Positions 35,501 to 48,070 are shown, counted from the stretch's first letter. The stretch is 64,000 bases of DNA from Eledone cirrhosa (GCA_964016885.1 OZ024742.1:58404001-58468000), one strand, 5' to 3'. The notes: a model not told the origin generated them from the sequence alone. Numbers and translations are program-made.

Positions 35501-38500
35501 CTTTTAGTTACCTCTTAAGACACAGGGATATGGTGTACCTATTCTAAACACAACATCTAAACTATAATAAAGGAAGGTCTGCAGGACTGCGTACGGTTTA
35601 TTTTTTGTTATCCCATTAATAAAATAAGTTGGATTACTTTGAATAAATAATGAATGAATATTACATAATTTATCTACTAAATTTCGTAAAAATAAATAAT
35701 TTAAAATTGACTTCTTTTCAAAGTTGCACTTCTGGTATATCGTTGCCACCACCACTTCAACTACCATATATATATAGAAGAGAGAGTGTGTGATGTCAAC
35801 ACTTCCGGTGGTGATCACTTAAATAAACATACTATTTTTCTCCTAATGCAGTTTATATATAATTGTCTTTTTTTAATGTATCATGGATTACGTTACTGAT
35901 TACATAAGACAGTGTAACAACATCTTCATTCAATTTCTGTTTATATTGTCAATTACGATTTTATTTGATGTATCATATCTACATGTATATATACTTGCAT
36001 GTAATATCAATATACACACTACACATACTAGCAGAAAACCACCCTTCGGGTGGTTTTTGTGCTAGTCTTAGTAATATATTAACTCTTAATATCCTGTGAT
36101 GATTTAATGGAAAATATCTAAAAATTCATCATCGGTTAATTCAAATGGTATCAATATCTTTATGAATGAACAGATCATTGTAAAAATTTTCAATAAACTA
36201 AAGTAAAGACTTTAATATTTAATGTGATGCAATCATAGTAGTGCTCTGTACTTTTCAAAAATGTTTTGCTAATGAAGGTCCATGCAACATAGAATGTTCA
36301 AAGTTAAGAAAAACATAAACCTCATAACAACTAATTCAAATGTTTACACACATTTCCTATAAAAAAATTGAAAATTTATCTGGGGAAGCCAATATTTTTA
36401 CATACATTGCTTTGATTCTCCTGGTGCCAGTTTGAGGTCACAGAAAAGTATTTTTGGTTTTGTTGAAAGAACTGTACAGCCTTTTTCTCCTGGAAAATTA
36501 TCAGAATTGTAACATTAATGAAAATATCTATGATCAAATTACAATAAACTGTTACTTATACAACCTATAGTTAAATACATATGGCACTACCCTAGTTTAC
36601 AGACAACAAGGGTTTTAAATAATTTTTCCTGCAAAAAGAGGAGTTAAGCTCGTGGGAACCCATGACAAGCTTCTCCATTTTCACTTCTCCTGCATCCTCC
36701 CTCACCAACTCACTTGCTTTTGCCCCCCCCCCCCATCATTTTTATCCATGTTTTTCTCGTTCTTCCCTTTCCTCCACACATGACCCAACCAACTCATTCC
36801 ATTTCTCCTCACAATATTCATCACTGGTTCTATTTCCATCATTCTTTGCAATCCATTGTTTTTCTTCCTCACTCTATTAACAATACTCTGGTCATCCACC
36901 AAACCATTTTCATTTCAATTCTTTCCAACCTTCTTTGTTGCTCCTTATTTATAACCCATGTCACACTCTCATAAATCATGGCATTTCTCACACATGCAGC
37001 ATACATCTTTCCCTTCAGTTCCAGCAGCACTCCTCTCCTTGTTAACACACCACCCAGTTCCTAGAACTTCTTCCATGCACATTTCACTCTAGCTATCATT
37101 GTCAAATCGGTTCAATCCACCTTTGCTATTCAATATGCCTCCTAGGTAACATGTTTTTACATCTTCATACCAGCTTCACATCCTTTCCATCTGTAGCTCC
37201 CTTCATACACACTTTACAGTTAATTGGAGATGAGACAATATTTTCTGTCTGTTCATCAACATCATCATCATTGTTGTTTAATGTCCATTTTCCATGCTAG
37301 CATGAGGCAAGCCAGGTCGGGTGACTGTGTCTTGCTCATACAGAACTGATTATGGCTTGGTTTCTATGGCTGGATGCCCTTCTTAATGCCAACCACATAG
37401 CGTGTGCTGGGTGTTTTAAGTTGTGACACTTATACAACCACTTTAAAGTATGGGCTGGGTGCTTTTTGTTGTGATACCTACATGACCACTTTACAGTGTG
37501 GGAGAGGTGCATGGGGATTAGAGAGGTAGGTATAGGGGCGTTTATGAGAGGCTGAGTGTTAGGATGTGGGAGGTATATGGAAAGAGGGATGGAGGCGAAT
37601 AATATTCTAAAGTATGTTCAATAACTCTCATATGGTTTGTGTCTATCACTGTATATATGTGTATGCATATATACAAATATTGACATTGCACATCGAACAG
37701 AACATGCTTGCCTCATTTTTCTCCAGCCGTCGCATATCCTCTGCAGTTGCTGCCCATGTCTCACTACCATGCAGTATCGCGCACCTCACACAGGCATCAT
37801 ATAACCTTTTCTGCATATCGAACATGGTCATTTTCCTGACGGAATCAGAGTTTTGTCCTCTTTTCTACTCATCAACACTTTTGTCTTAGCTAGGTTCACT
37901 CTCAGTTTTCTTAATTCCAACTGCTGTTTCCATGTATCGATAAGAGGTTGGATGTCCTTGAGGTGTAAATTGTTTTTAATTGAATCAACATGTCTGATGA
38001 ATAGGTCAATACTGGAGTGAGGCCTATCATATTGATACAGACCTCTAGTCAATCATCTGAGAAATGTATGTAACAGTCAATATTCAATAGAAACATTTTA
38101 AAGTGAAGCTTAATTGTATCAAGGTTAATATACATAAATGTGTATGTGTGTGTGCAACCAGTACACACTGTAAAGTGGTTGAACTGGTTTCACAATAAAA
38201 AGCAACCAGTCCACCCTATCAGGTGGTAGTGGTAGTGCCACAATAAAACAGACCTAGATGCTGTGAAATGGCCGGCATTAGGAAGGACATCCAACCATAG
38301 AAATCATGCCAGAATGGAGCACATGTCATCTGACATGACCAGCCTCTAAACGTGACAACCTATCTAACCCATGCAAGCATAGAAAACAGACGATAGGTGG
38401 TGATGATTTACCTTTGTTTGGAACAAATGATGTCTCACAGCCTGTTGTTGATACTTCTTCAGTAGATAAATTATTGGAAGATGGTAAAGCTATCCGTGTT

Positions 38501-40063
38501 TCACTCACTGTTCTTTGACAATGTATTTGGACACTGGCCCAAGCCAGATCATCATACTGGTTTCCACTAATATAAAAATACAGAAATAAAACATGGCTCT
38601 CATTAAAACTTATTTTAAAAAATATCTCTTATTTGTTCTCAACAACATCATTGGTCACCTGATAAGCATGCCAAAAGACCAGCTGGGGTCAGCTGACCTA
38701 TAACAACAAATACTAAGTGCTTAGGCTTGAGTGCCAGAGAAAGATCATGCCAGTGGTGGATTGACAAACTTGTAGACATGCTCAGCATTCACAGCATGGC
38801 AATAGTGCAGGCTTTGCTGCACATCTCCCTGCAACATCTTTCCACTGGAAGAACCCAGACCAAAAAAAAAAACATTCACATTTATTTGGAAAAGGGCAGT
38901 GAGTGAAATTTGAAAACTGAACTAGAAGCATTTATCGTAATTTTGACTACAGAAAATAGTCAAATAACAGGGCTTATTAGCCAGCAGAATGGAGAAAAAT
39001 GGGCATCAGCACGCATGGGGTCGAACTTACACCTCTTGTTTGGAGTGCAGTAGAAATCCTCCTCCTCCAACCTTTGTAGCTTTCATAACCAACTGTTAGC
39101 CCCTGGATATTGGCAACACCCTATTCCTTACATAGAATTTGAACTCAGAATGTAAGAGTCGGAACTGATATTGTTCAAACAATTACACCAGTCTGCTATC
39201 ATGGATTGGTATTTTGTTTATCAAACACTGAAGAGAGGAAAGACAAAGCTGAACTTGGAGTGCAGAAAGCCACAACAAATGTTGCATGGCATTGTCTAAC
39301 AAACTCTGCCTATTCACCACACTGGATTCGTACTTTATTGTTATTGTCACTAGAAAGATAACACAATGATTCTTCTAACCTTTTATAGTTGATTGCATTG
39401 ACCCAGTATATGACTGGTACCTATTTTATGAACTTTCAAGGTGGATTTGTACACAAAATATAAAGGGTCATAACTAAACCCTGCAAAGCACTTTATTTGA
39501 TGCTCTATTGACTCTGCCAAATTTATTGCCCTATTCTGTGTTGGCACTATGTCGGTTCTGAGGATGAGTGCACTCCTCATGTAGTTCTCAGGGAGATTCA
39601 GAATGATTTAGAATGTGATATAGCTGGCCCTTTGAATTACAAGTACAACTCACTTTAGTCAATGGAGCAACGTGAAATAAAGTGCCTTACTTAATGATGC
39701 AACATGCTGCAAAGAATCAAACTAATAACTTTAGAATTGTGAGTTGAAAATCCCTAACCACTAAGCCGCATAGCTTCACTAGTAGTAGAGAGCAAAGGAA
39801 GGCCATGGGAACTATTTCTTCTTCTTACGACAAAGATTATCAGTAGCACTAACACAGTGTGATTCATAATAGAGGTATATATGAAGAAACTTCTAATCCA
39901 ATCTATCCCAGCATAGAAAAGTGGGTGTAAAATGATGATGAGGATATACTTACTGAGATTCATATTCAGGAAGAGCTGAATTAGAGAAGGTGATGATACA
40001 ATGAATTGTCTCCCCTGCCAGATAGACTGGCCCACGAGGAAGAGTAGCTACTACATCAATCAT
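29311..40063 (-). CDS. RGP1: RAB6A-GEF complex partner protein 2 (RGP1), spliced, 8 coding exons, 390 aa
   Basis: Exons 39954-40063, 38412-38566, 36406-36489, 34772-34921, 32382-32525, 31775-31902, 30910-31087 and 29311-29534 all have GT..AG boundaries and consistent phases, summing to 1173 nt. The translation [18 protein letters not shown]...[11 protein letters not shown]...[15 protein letters not shown]...[18 protein letters not shown]...[11 protein letters not shown]...[12 protein letters not shown] matches recalled RGP1-family motifs end to end. Confidence 0.95.
30318..30642 (-). mobile_element. SINE family A copy (RGP1 intron)
   Basis: Near-identical to the 18077 copy. Confidence 0.88.
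30910..31087 (-). CDS. RGP1: RGP1 coding exon 7
   Basis: [59 protein letters not shown]; CAG acceptor, GTAGGT donor. Confidence 0.93.
31775..31902 (-). CDS. RGP1: RGP1 coding exon 6
   Basis: [43 protein letters not shown]; CAG acceptor, GTAAAT donor. Confidence 0.93.
32382..32525 (-). CDS. RGP1: RGP1 coding exon 5
   Basis: [48 protein letters not shown]; AAG acceptor, GTATGT donor. Confidence 0.88.
32645..33088 (-). mobile_element. CR1 LINE 3' end
   Basis: THKIVNHL...[13 protein letters not shown]...[21 protein letters not shown]...SFK; 3'UTR with (ATT)n tail; tail-only copies at about 24300 and 63265. Confidence 0.88.
34772..34921 (-). CDS. RGP1: RGP1 coding exon 4
   Basis: [50 protein letters not shown]; CAG acceptor, GTAGGT donor. 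Confidence 0.94.
35575..36065 (+). mobile_element. Helitron-like non-autonomous element, copy 1
   Basis: Homologous to 53965-54543; ends in hairpin CCACCCTTCGGGTGG then CTAG|T. Confidence 0.65.
36406..36489 (-). CDS. RGP1: RGP1 coding exon 3
   Basis: [28 protein letters not shown]; CAG acceptor, GTATGT donor. Confidence 0.93.
36660..37210 (-). mobile_element. Degenerate RTE LINE fragment (different subfamily)
   Basis: Minus strand remnants ...[40 protein letters not shown]... and ..[14 protein letters not shown]. Confidence 0.75.
37680..37932 (-). mobile_element. Deleted fragment of the 42-44 kb RTE family
   Basis: [31 protein letters not shown] and [35 protein letters not shown] are nearly identical to the long ORF. 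Confidence 0.9.
38412..38566 (-). CDS. RGP1: RGP1 coding exon 2
   Basis: [51 protein letters not shown]; TAG acceptor, GTAAAT donor. Confidence 0.9.
39954..40063 (-). CDS. RGP1: RGP1 first coding exon (exon begins at 40105, ATG at 40063)
   Basis: [36 protein letters not shown]; acceptor ending TAG at 40108-40106; donor GTAAGT. Confidence 0.92.
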
Positions 40064-40462
40064 CTTGCTTTCTTCACCACCACCAATAGCAGCCAACGAC
40101 ACATCCTAAGGAAGAAGACAACAGTTCATCATTATTAATATGGTCAATATGTAGAAAACATGACCCCAAACAGTTGTGTCAAGGACATGACAACCTGTTG
40201 GTGCCATAAAACACAATATATTCTGTAAAATGGTTAGTGATTGGAACGGCATCAAGCTATAGAAAATTTGTCAAACAAAGGGTTAAGAAGACCCGCTCTA
40301 GTGTTAGTGCCATGATAAAATGCACCCAGTATACTCCAAAGTGTGGAAATGTCATGTAAGTTTAACCCTTTAGCATTTAAACCAGCTGTATCCGGCCAGA
40401 ATTCTCTCACCTTTTTCTGTTCAAACTATCTCTCTCTCTCTATATATATATATTGTTTATAT

Positions 40463-40808
40463 GGAGGCACATGGCTTAGTGGTTAGAGCATTGGCCTTGC
40501 AATCAAAAGGTTGTGAGTTCAATTCTCAGACCGGGTGATGTGCTGTTTGCTTGAGAAAGACACTTTATTTCACATTGCTCCAGTTTACTCAGCTGTAGAA
40601 ATGAGATGATAGGACTGGGGTCCTTATCATTCCACTGCAAAGTGGTCGTGGAGGTGCCACGGCAAAAAAGCACCCAGCACTCACTGTAAATGAGGTTGGT
40701 GTTAGGAAGGGCATCCAGCTGTAGAAATCAAGCCAGAATCAGTTCCCATCCCACCCTTGCAAGCAGGGAAAAAGTGGACGTAAAATGAAATGATGATGAA
40801 ATGATGAT
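40463..40808 (+). mobile_element. SINE family A, full length
   Basis: Same structure as the 18077 copy. Confidence 0.9.
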
Positions 40809-41970
40809 ATAAACAAGAAGTGTAAGTCAACAGGTTAAAATTAACTTCATTTATTCATATTCGCTGCAATATATATTTTGGTGATAACCATTATTATTCA
40901 AAAGCTATGACCTCATCAGGCAACTAGAACTTGAACAGAAAAAGCAGGAAAACATAATGGTGGAACAAAGTTTACTTTGATATATACATATATATATATT
41001 ATGAAGGTGGAATGAACTACTGTCACTTTCAACAATTGAGTGTTTCAGTTGTTCGATCAACAGAACAGTCTGTTCATGAAATTCCAGACACATGTACCCT
41101 TAATATAATTCTCGGGAAGATTCAGCATGACACAGTGTGTGATAAGACTGGCCATTTGAAATATAGTTACAGTTCATCCAACATCTAAACATCTGCCCAG
41201 TTTTATTCACAAGGTATAGGTTGACCCAAGGCTATGGTAAATGACACTTGATCAAGGTACCATGCAGTGGGGGTTGAACCAGAGACCTCATGATAGCAAA
41301 GCAAACTTCTTAACCATTCTTCATTCACAATTACAACAGTAAATAAATGAATAATAGCTATACTTACAAATAAATATAAAGCTTAATAATGTTCCAGTTT
41401 TACCATAATCCAAAGTTTGACAGGAGAGAGAAATTCCTAAAAAAATATACATTTTAAATAATTCTTTATATTTTGTGTGAATTCTGTTATTTTCAGATAT
41501 ATTAATTCTTTGAATGTTAAGAATTTCCCAGTATATCTTTTACCTCCCACCTCTTGTGTGCCTAAGACATATAAGTATATTTTAGTTTAATTTGTGAAGC
41601 ACAAGTCTAAACAAAGTAAATAAAACAAATTTGATCACAATCATATTTTTAACAATTTTTTAACAAGTGCAAATAATCTGTAATCCCAGCCAGGTGCAGT
41701 AAAATAGTACCGAAAGATTAAAATAATATTTGAAAATTTGGAAATATGAGAATCCCAAATGCAGAAAAAATTGTAATAATAGTCGATCACTAGAAATAAT
41801 ACCTAAGAAATTCTAGTGATGGAAAAATGAGGCCAGTTTTTCCATTGCGAGGAGTTACTCGACTTTCTCAGCTATTACAGTTACTTTCTTTGTTTAGGAT
41901 CCTCACATTTTCAAATTTCAAACTCCCAACATTTCGATAATTCATAAGGAATATTTAAATAAAAGTTTCA

Positions 41971-44215
41971 TATCATCATCATCATCATTTTACGTCCGCT
42001 TTTCCCTGCTTGCAAGGGTGGGACGGGTCTTATTCAGCACAGCATCTCTCCACTCGTCACGGTCCCTCGTCATCTCCACCGTGAGCTTCAATGATCTGAG
42101 GTCTGTTCTCACCACCTCCGCCCATGTTTTTCGTGGTCTACCGCTACCACGTCTTCCTTCAACTGGCATTTCCTGGCACTTCTTCACCCATCGGTCATCC
42201 TCCATGCGCATCACATGTCCATACCACCTCAGTCTCCTCTCCCGTACACTACATTCTATCCCTCTCAGACACAGTTTCTCTCTCAACACATTTATGCTGG
42301 GTCGTTCACGCACATTTACACTGCACATCCAACGGAGCATGCTTGCCTCATTTCTCTCCAGCCGTCGCATATCTTCTGCGGTTGCTGCCCATGTCTCACT
42401 ACCATGCAGCATCGCGCTCCTCACACAGGCATCATACAACCGGCCTTTCGTACGCAGGGAGAAACCCTTCTTCGTCAACAGAGGAAGCAGCTCCCTAAAC
42501 TTCTTCCAACCCGTCCTTATTCTAGATACTATGGCCTCGGAACACCCTCCTCCCATGCTAATCTGATCTCCTAGGTACCGGAAGCTATCCACCACTTCTA
42601 TAGCGCCCCCTCGCATTTGAAAAATGTGTCTATCAGTGCGACTTCTACTGTCTAATTTCCCTGTACATCTACTGCATACATATTTCTCCCTACCTGTTAG
42701 TTTGCCTGCTATCCCGCTACATCTCTTGTGTACCCAGGACCTGCATTGTGTGCATTTTATAGAATTTATGCCAGTTCCTTTTCTGCATATCGAACATGGC
42801 CATTTCCCCGACGGAATCAGGGTTTTGTCCTCTTTTCTACTCATCAACACTTTTGTCTTAGCTAGATTTACTCTCAGTCCTCTTGCTTCCAACTGCTGTT
42901 TCCATAGCCGGAATTTATTCTCTAGCTCCTCTACTGATTCTGCCATAAGAGCCAGATCGTCAGCATAGAGAAGTTCCCATGGACAGCCAGTCTTAAACTC
43001 CTCTGTTATGGCTTGGAGGACTATAATTAACAAGAGCGGGCTGAGGACCGAACCCTGATGTACTCCTACTTGTATCTGGAATTCCTCACTAAACTCCATT
43101 CCTACCCTGACTTTACTGAGAGTACCTCTGTACAAAGTTTGCACTGTCCTCACAAGCCATTCCTCAACACCCAGCTTCCTTAGGGACCACCAGATGACAG
43201 ATCGGGGTACCCTATCAAAGGCCTTCTCTAGGTCAACAAAGGCTAAGTATAGTGGCTTATTCTTCTCTAAGAACCTCTCTTGCATTTGTCTCACCAAGAA
43301 GAGGGCATCTGTTGTACTCTTCCCAGGCACAAAACCAAACTGCATCTCATCTAGTTTGACCCTTTCTCTAATTAGTTGTGCTAAAATCCTTTCTGCCACT
43401 TTCATAACCTGATCTATCAGTTTTATACCCCTATAATTGCTCCTCTCCAAAGCATCCCCTTTACCTTTGTAGCAATTTATGAGAATACTGCTGCACCAGT
43501 CTTTGGGTATGACACCACCATATATAGCCTGATTGATGATGCGTGCAACCAGTTTAGTGCCTACGTCCCCCGATGCCTTCAGCATCTCAGCAACTATTCC
43601 CGATGGTCCGGCCGCCTTACCATTTTTCATTTCCCTAATCGCTTCTTGGACCCTATATTCGTCAATCTCAATAGCTGGTCCCTCTGTCGGATCTACCAAG
43701 GGTAATTTCTCTCTCTCCCATTCGTTCTCCACATTCATCAGTCTCTCATAATGACATTTCCAGGCCTCCTTTTTCTGGTCATTCGTGACACTAAGTACAC
43801 CGGCATCATCCCGGACACATTTATCACCAACAACATCCTGATTTGCATTGACACACTGCCTTGCAATGTAGAACACCGCACGCCTCTGATCTTCCCGTCG
43901 CAGAACATTGGCAAACCTCCTACTCTCTGCCTCCCTGCGTGCTAAGTACACCTGACGTCTAGCTTCTCTCTTAGTGGCTGTATATTCTTCCCTACTCCCA
44001 CCCTTTTTCCAAGCCTTCCATGCTAGTCTTTTGTCTCTAATAGCCTTATCTACTGTGCTGTTCCACCACCAGGTCACTCTCTGTCTGGTTGGAGCTCTGC
44101 TCCAGCCACAGGTTTCATCAGTAGCCTTCAGCAAGTTGTCACGTAAGAACTTCCAGTTATTATCTATGTCATACGTCTCTAAATCGTCTTCTTTTTCGTC
44201 ATATACATCTTGAAC
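41971..44215 (-). mobile_element. 5'-truncated young RTE-clade LINE with uninterrupted ORF2 remainder (RT plus PHD-like zinc finger)
   Basis: Open frame 41990 to about 44215: NYRGIKL, QFGFVPG, AFVDLEKAFDRV, GVHQGSVLSPLL, LLYADDLAL, YLG; C4HC3 finger; GRPRKTW end; (ATG)n tail directly after the stop; no endonuclease domain (truncated). Confidence 0.96.
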
Positions 44216-44732
44216 TGAATAAAAAGTCAGTTTATACTGAATTTGCACTGATGGCTTTTTTTGACATTTTTGATGCTTCATTCTGTGACCAAATGTCCTT
44301 CCTTTCATTACCATATTTCTATTAAAGAAAACACTGCTTGTGGTTTTCAAATCATTTCGAAAATAAGAATTTGAGGAATTTAAGCTGATGTTTGGAATTA
44401 TGATGAAAGTATTTTAGATAAATATAAATACTTTAAAATAGTTTTGTATCGTACTAGGAGTGGTTTGGTATCTTTTCTGAAAAACAGTAATGTTTTAAGA
44501 GATATTTGGCTGCTATTTCTAGCGCTTCGAGACTGATTAATAGACATGTTTAGAAGATAGAAGATAGACCATAGTTAGTGGTCAAAATACCAAAATGCCT
44601 TTTCTTCGTCGTGAAATTGGTGTTGTCTAGCCCAAAGGGCAACCTTGATTGAGTAAACCTATGATCAAAGGTATTCCAAACGTGACCATCCAGTCCTTTT
44701 AGAAGGTATATAGAGCATTGAGTATTATTATA

Positions 44733-45320
44733 GAGCACCCCTTCTTGATTTCAGTGGGACTATTATTTTTCCTCGCCTTTTTCGAGCTATCAACTACGAA
44801 CATGCCGCAAAGGACTTTTTTCCCGGAAAATAAAAGGGGATGCTTGGATCCCTACTCTACCCCGGAGTTTTCTTTATCATTTAAATTTTTTCCTGGGATT
44901 AGTTAACCGTATCCTACGACGACAAGTTATGGCTAGGATTGGGTTTAAGAGTTAGTGTTGGAGTATTTGGAGGTCAGATTCGTCGACAACACGCGAAAAA
45001 AACAAAAAACATGAAAAATAATATTTCTCACCAAATGCGAGAAGGATGTATATCTGCGAAACACCGAGGGTCTTCCCTTCCCCTCCTTTTTCTACAAAAC
45101 TAGCCGTTTCTGATTGGTTTGGAGGTCAGAGTCATCGATAATACGTGAAGAAAAAAAATGGTAAAGAAAACTCCGGAGTGAGAGTGGGGTTCGAGGGTTC
45201 TCCCTCTTTCCTTCCGTTTTCTTTGAAAAAAACCCCTTTGTGGTATGTTCAAAGGTCAGATTAGTTGATAGTACACGAAAAACCAGAAAAATTATTTCCC
45301 ATAGAAATCGTGAGGTGTCC
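44733..45320. mobile_element. TIR element (MITE/foldback) of the same family as 12980-14036
   Basis: TA|GAGCACCCCTTCTTGATTTC...GAAATCGTGAGGTGTCC|TA; ~150-bp imperfect arms with (G)CTATCAACTA and GTCAGATTAGTTGATAG modules; short GGATTGGGTTTAAGAGTTAG spacer. Confidence 0.75.
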
Positions 45321-47624
45321 TATAAATGTACCGTTAGTTACTAGTTAGTTCTTAATTAAAGACTATGATGTGATGACAAGGAGATACGGCCGCTACTTCT
45401 AACGGGTTGAGCATCCACTTAGAGGCCCTCTAATTTCATTTAACAATGCAACAAGTTTTATATATATACACACACAACAACGAATCAATGTTTGAAACAT
45501 AAAATATATTATATAAGATATATTACAAATTCATGTATTATTTACTGACGTTAATACTCTAAACTGTTGTGTATCCAGTAAAATTCTTTTTATTTTATGT
45601 TGACAACACATCTTTCGAGCCAAGTAATAATGAATTGCTATTCTGAGTTCAAATCCCGCCGAGGTTAACTTTGCCTTTCATCCTTACGGGATCGATAAAA
45701 TAAAGTACCAGTAATGCACTGAGTAATTGCTGGCCTTGTGCCAAAAGTAGAAACAATTATTACTTTAACTGTTATTATTTACGCAAAATTAAAATAATAA
45801 GGTAATGTGTATTCAACAATAAAAACATTATTATTGTAACTCTTTTATTATCTAAGATTATACTAAATTAAAACTAAATCATTAAACGTTCAATTTTTTA
45901 ATCATTTTTCTTTTTGAAAATTGTAATTATTACGTGTTTGTTGTTTTTAGTAGTTGAAATTGTCATACACTATAATAACTAGAAATTATTTTATTTTGTT
46001 TACCACTACGAGGGTTTTCCATCCCGTGGCAACTTTTCTAAAATAGACCCCCCCCCCCCCGTTGTTTTATTCAGTAATTTGAGTTTATGACTATCATAAT
46101 ACATTAAACCAACAAAGAGTAAATTTCTAAAATACTGTTTTTAATATTATTTTAAATTCGTGTAATAATAATAGCATAAAACAATACTATTTCACTTACT
46201 TCTAAACAACTAATGATGACCAGAAACCGGTACTAGGACCAAATAAAGTCAGTCAATGTGAAGGCATCAATAAATGAGATTCATATAGCTTGTTAAGTCT
46301 AAAATAATCGAAAGAAAATAAATTAGTATTTTAATAAAATAGGTCTACTTAAAATTTTCTTTTCGACTTCAGATTATTTTTAATTACAATTGAATTAAAA
46401 AAAGTACAAATCCAAAATTAGCAGAATTACACCCTTGGACAGGGGAAAATTACTGGCTGGAGGTGATTCCAAGTATATTTAACCACAGGTTGGGAGAGCC
46501 CTGCTTTAATGTATGTTTGAATCTCGTATATAATAGCAATGGTCTCTTTAATAATAATTATCAGTTTTCTAACAGTGTTTAAATACTGGTAAAGTAACTT
46601 TTGTCAGATGTGCAGACAAGAGAGGGCGGGTAGAGAATGAAAACAGAAAAGTTAAAAATTTAATAATAAACGTAAGATAAACGAAACAAGACAGGAAAAA
46701 TATGAGTAATTAAAGAATTTGGAATATAAATGAAAACAATATATTCTGTAACATTTCTCAACAAGGCGAACCAACTCACTAAAATAAAAATTCACATGAC
46801 ATTCTAAAGTTATTCTTACATTTCTTTTTCTTACTTACTGCTGTCCACGTCGCTGAAGACTTGGTATTTACATGACTGGGCCATCATCACACATTTATAT
46901 ATACAAAAGACAGTAATGTCAAATAAATATATCCGACCTCCGCAGGTCTCCTATTAATTAAACACAAATTACTTTTGAAAAAAAAACTGAGGATTCGGAA
47001 TTTTCTATTAGAATATAAATATTAAGTATTAAAAGGGAGGCTCCAACGCCCCTTGACACAATTACTTAGTGCTGAAATAATATTTTTTTCGTTTTGATTT
47101 TATATTTGTTACGTCCAAATCCGGTGTCTTTTTAGTTTCTTATTTCGAACTATATTGCTTTTTCTAGTATCAAATTCCTATATGATTGCATATAAATACA
47201 TTTCTTACGAAAACACTAATATTATTATTATAATTGAGGGGGGGGGGGGGTACTTGTGCTAAAAAGTAAACTATTAATCAAATTAATAAAAAATAATAAT
47301 TACCATATCTTCAATATCTAATTAAAAAAATAAACATATCAAAACACGGAATCTGAGATTTGTAAAGATGAATGAAGGCTAAAACCTAATTTATCGAATG
47401 ACATTTTCCAATATTTTCTTTTGGAGTTTTTTTAAATGCTTATTTATTTATATTTGTAGATTTATGAATGTTCAATTCACATATATATAATATATTTATA
47501 TTATGAAGAGAACTATATAAATATTTACCATGTGTTTCATTGTCAGTGTGTGTGCGAGAGACAAGAAATCAGCAGTAAATAGCAAGGGAGACAACCACGT
47601 TGCACTGATCACGTGACTAGCTAT

Positions 47625-48070
47625 GCAGCCAACGAGACAGAATCCACGTGGGCATTCTACCTGCTAGAAATAGCGGCCAAATTTCCCTCAACTCATACAT
47701 CATACTGTATACCATAGACTGGTGATTGGGGCGTTCAGAGCTAACCTGAGCTAAACAACAACCAAGCTAAGTGATCGTTTGATCTGTTAGAAGTACCAGC
47801 CAAGTCTCCCTCAACTCACACATCTTGCCTGCTACCATAAATTTTTGTTCAGGACTGACTTGGGGCTAAAATCAACAACCAGCCGACGTGGTCGTTCTGC
47901 CTGCTCGAAATAGCAGATAGATCTTCCTCAACTAACACATCCTACAGTATATATTTCCAAAAATGGAAGAACTATTCGATAAATGTGGTGGAGAAAACCT
48001 GTTCAGAGCTGACCTGGGATTAATCAACTACAACCAGTCTACATGGTCTTCTGCAAACCTGTCAACTCTC
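47625..48070 (+). repeat. ~120-bp tandem repeat, 3-4 copies
   Basis: Units ..GTGG..TTC..CCTGCTAGAAATAGC.GCCAA.T.TCCCTCAACTCACAC..GTTCAGAGCT.ACCTG.G.TAA.CAAC recur. Confidence 0.75.

Larger units (their letters stand above)
41368..46950 (-). other. RGP1: Probable non-coding 5'UTR exons of RGP1 (about 46839-46950, 46200-46298, 41368-41436)
   Basis: Each ends in a GTAAGT donor and the two internal ones have T-rich TAG acceptors. The RGP1 ATG exon has its own acceptor, so at least one upstream exon is required. No transcript evidence is available. Confidence 0.45.

Noticed and set aside
42018-44213. Plus-strand ORFs overlapping the RTE, and 36..689 minus
   Set aside because: Antisense shadows of the LINE ORF.
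44216-44350. N-terminal 45 aa of the 786-aa ORF as the true LINE start
   Set aside because: It derives from flanking MITE/AT-rich DNA; homology to the 26-kb RTE copy stops near 44215, so the element is 5'-truncated.
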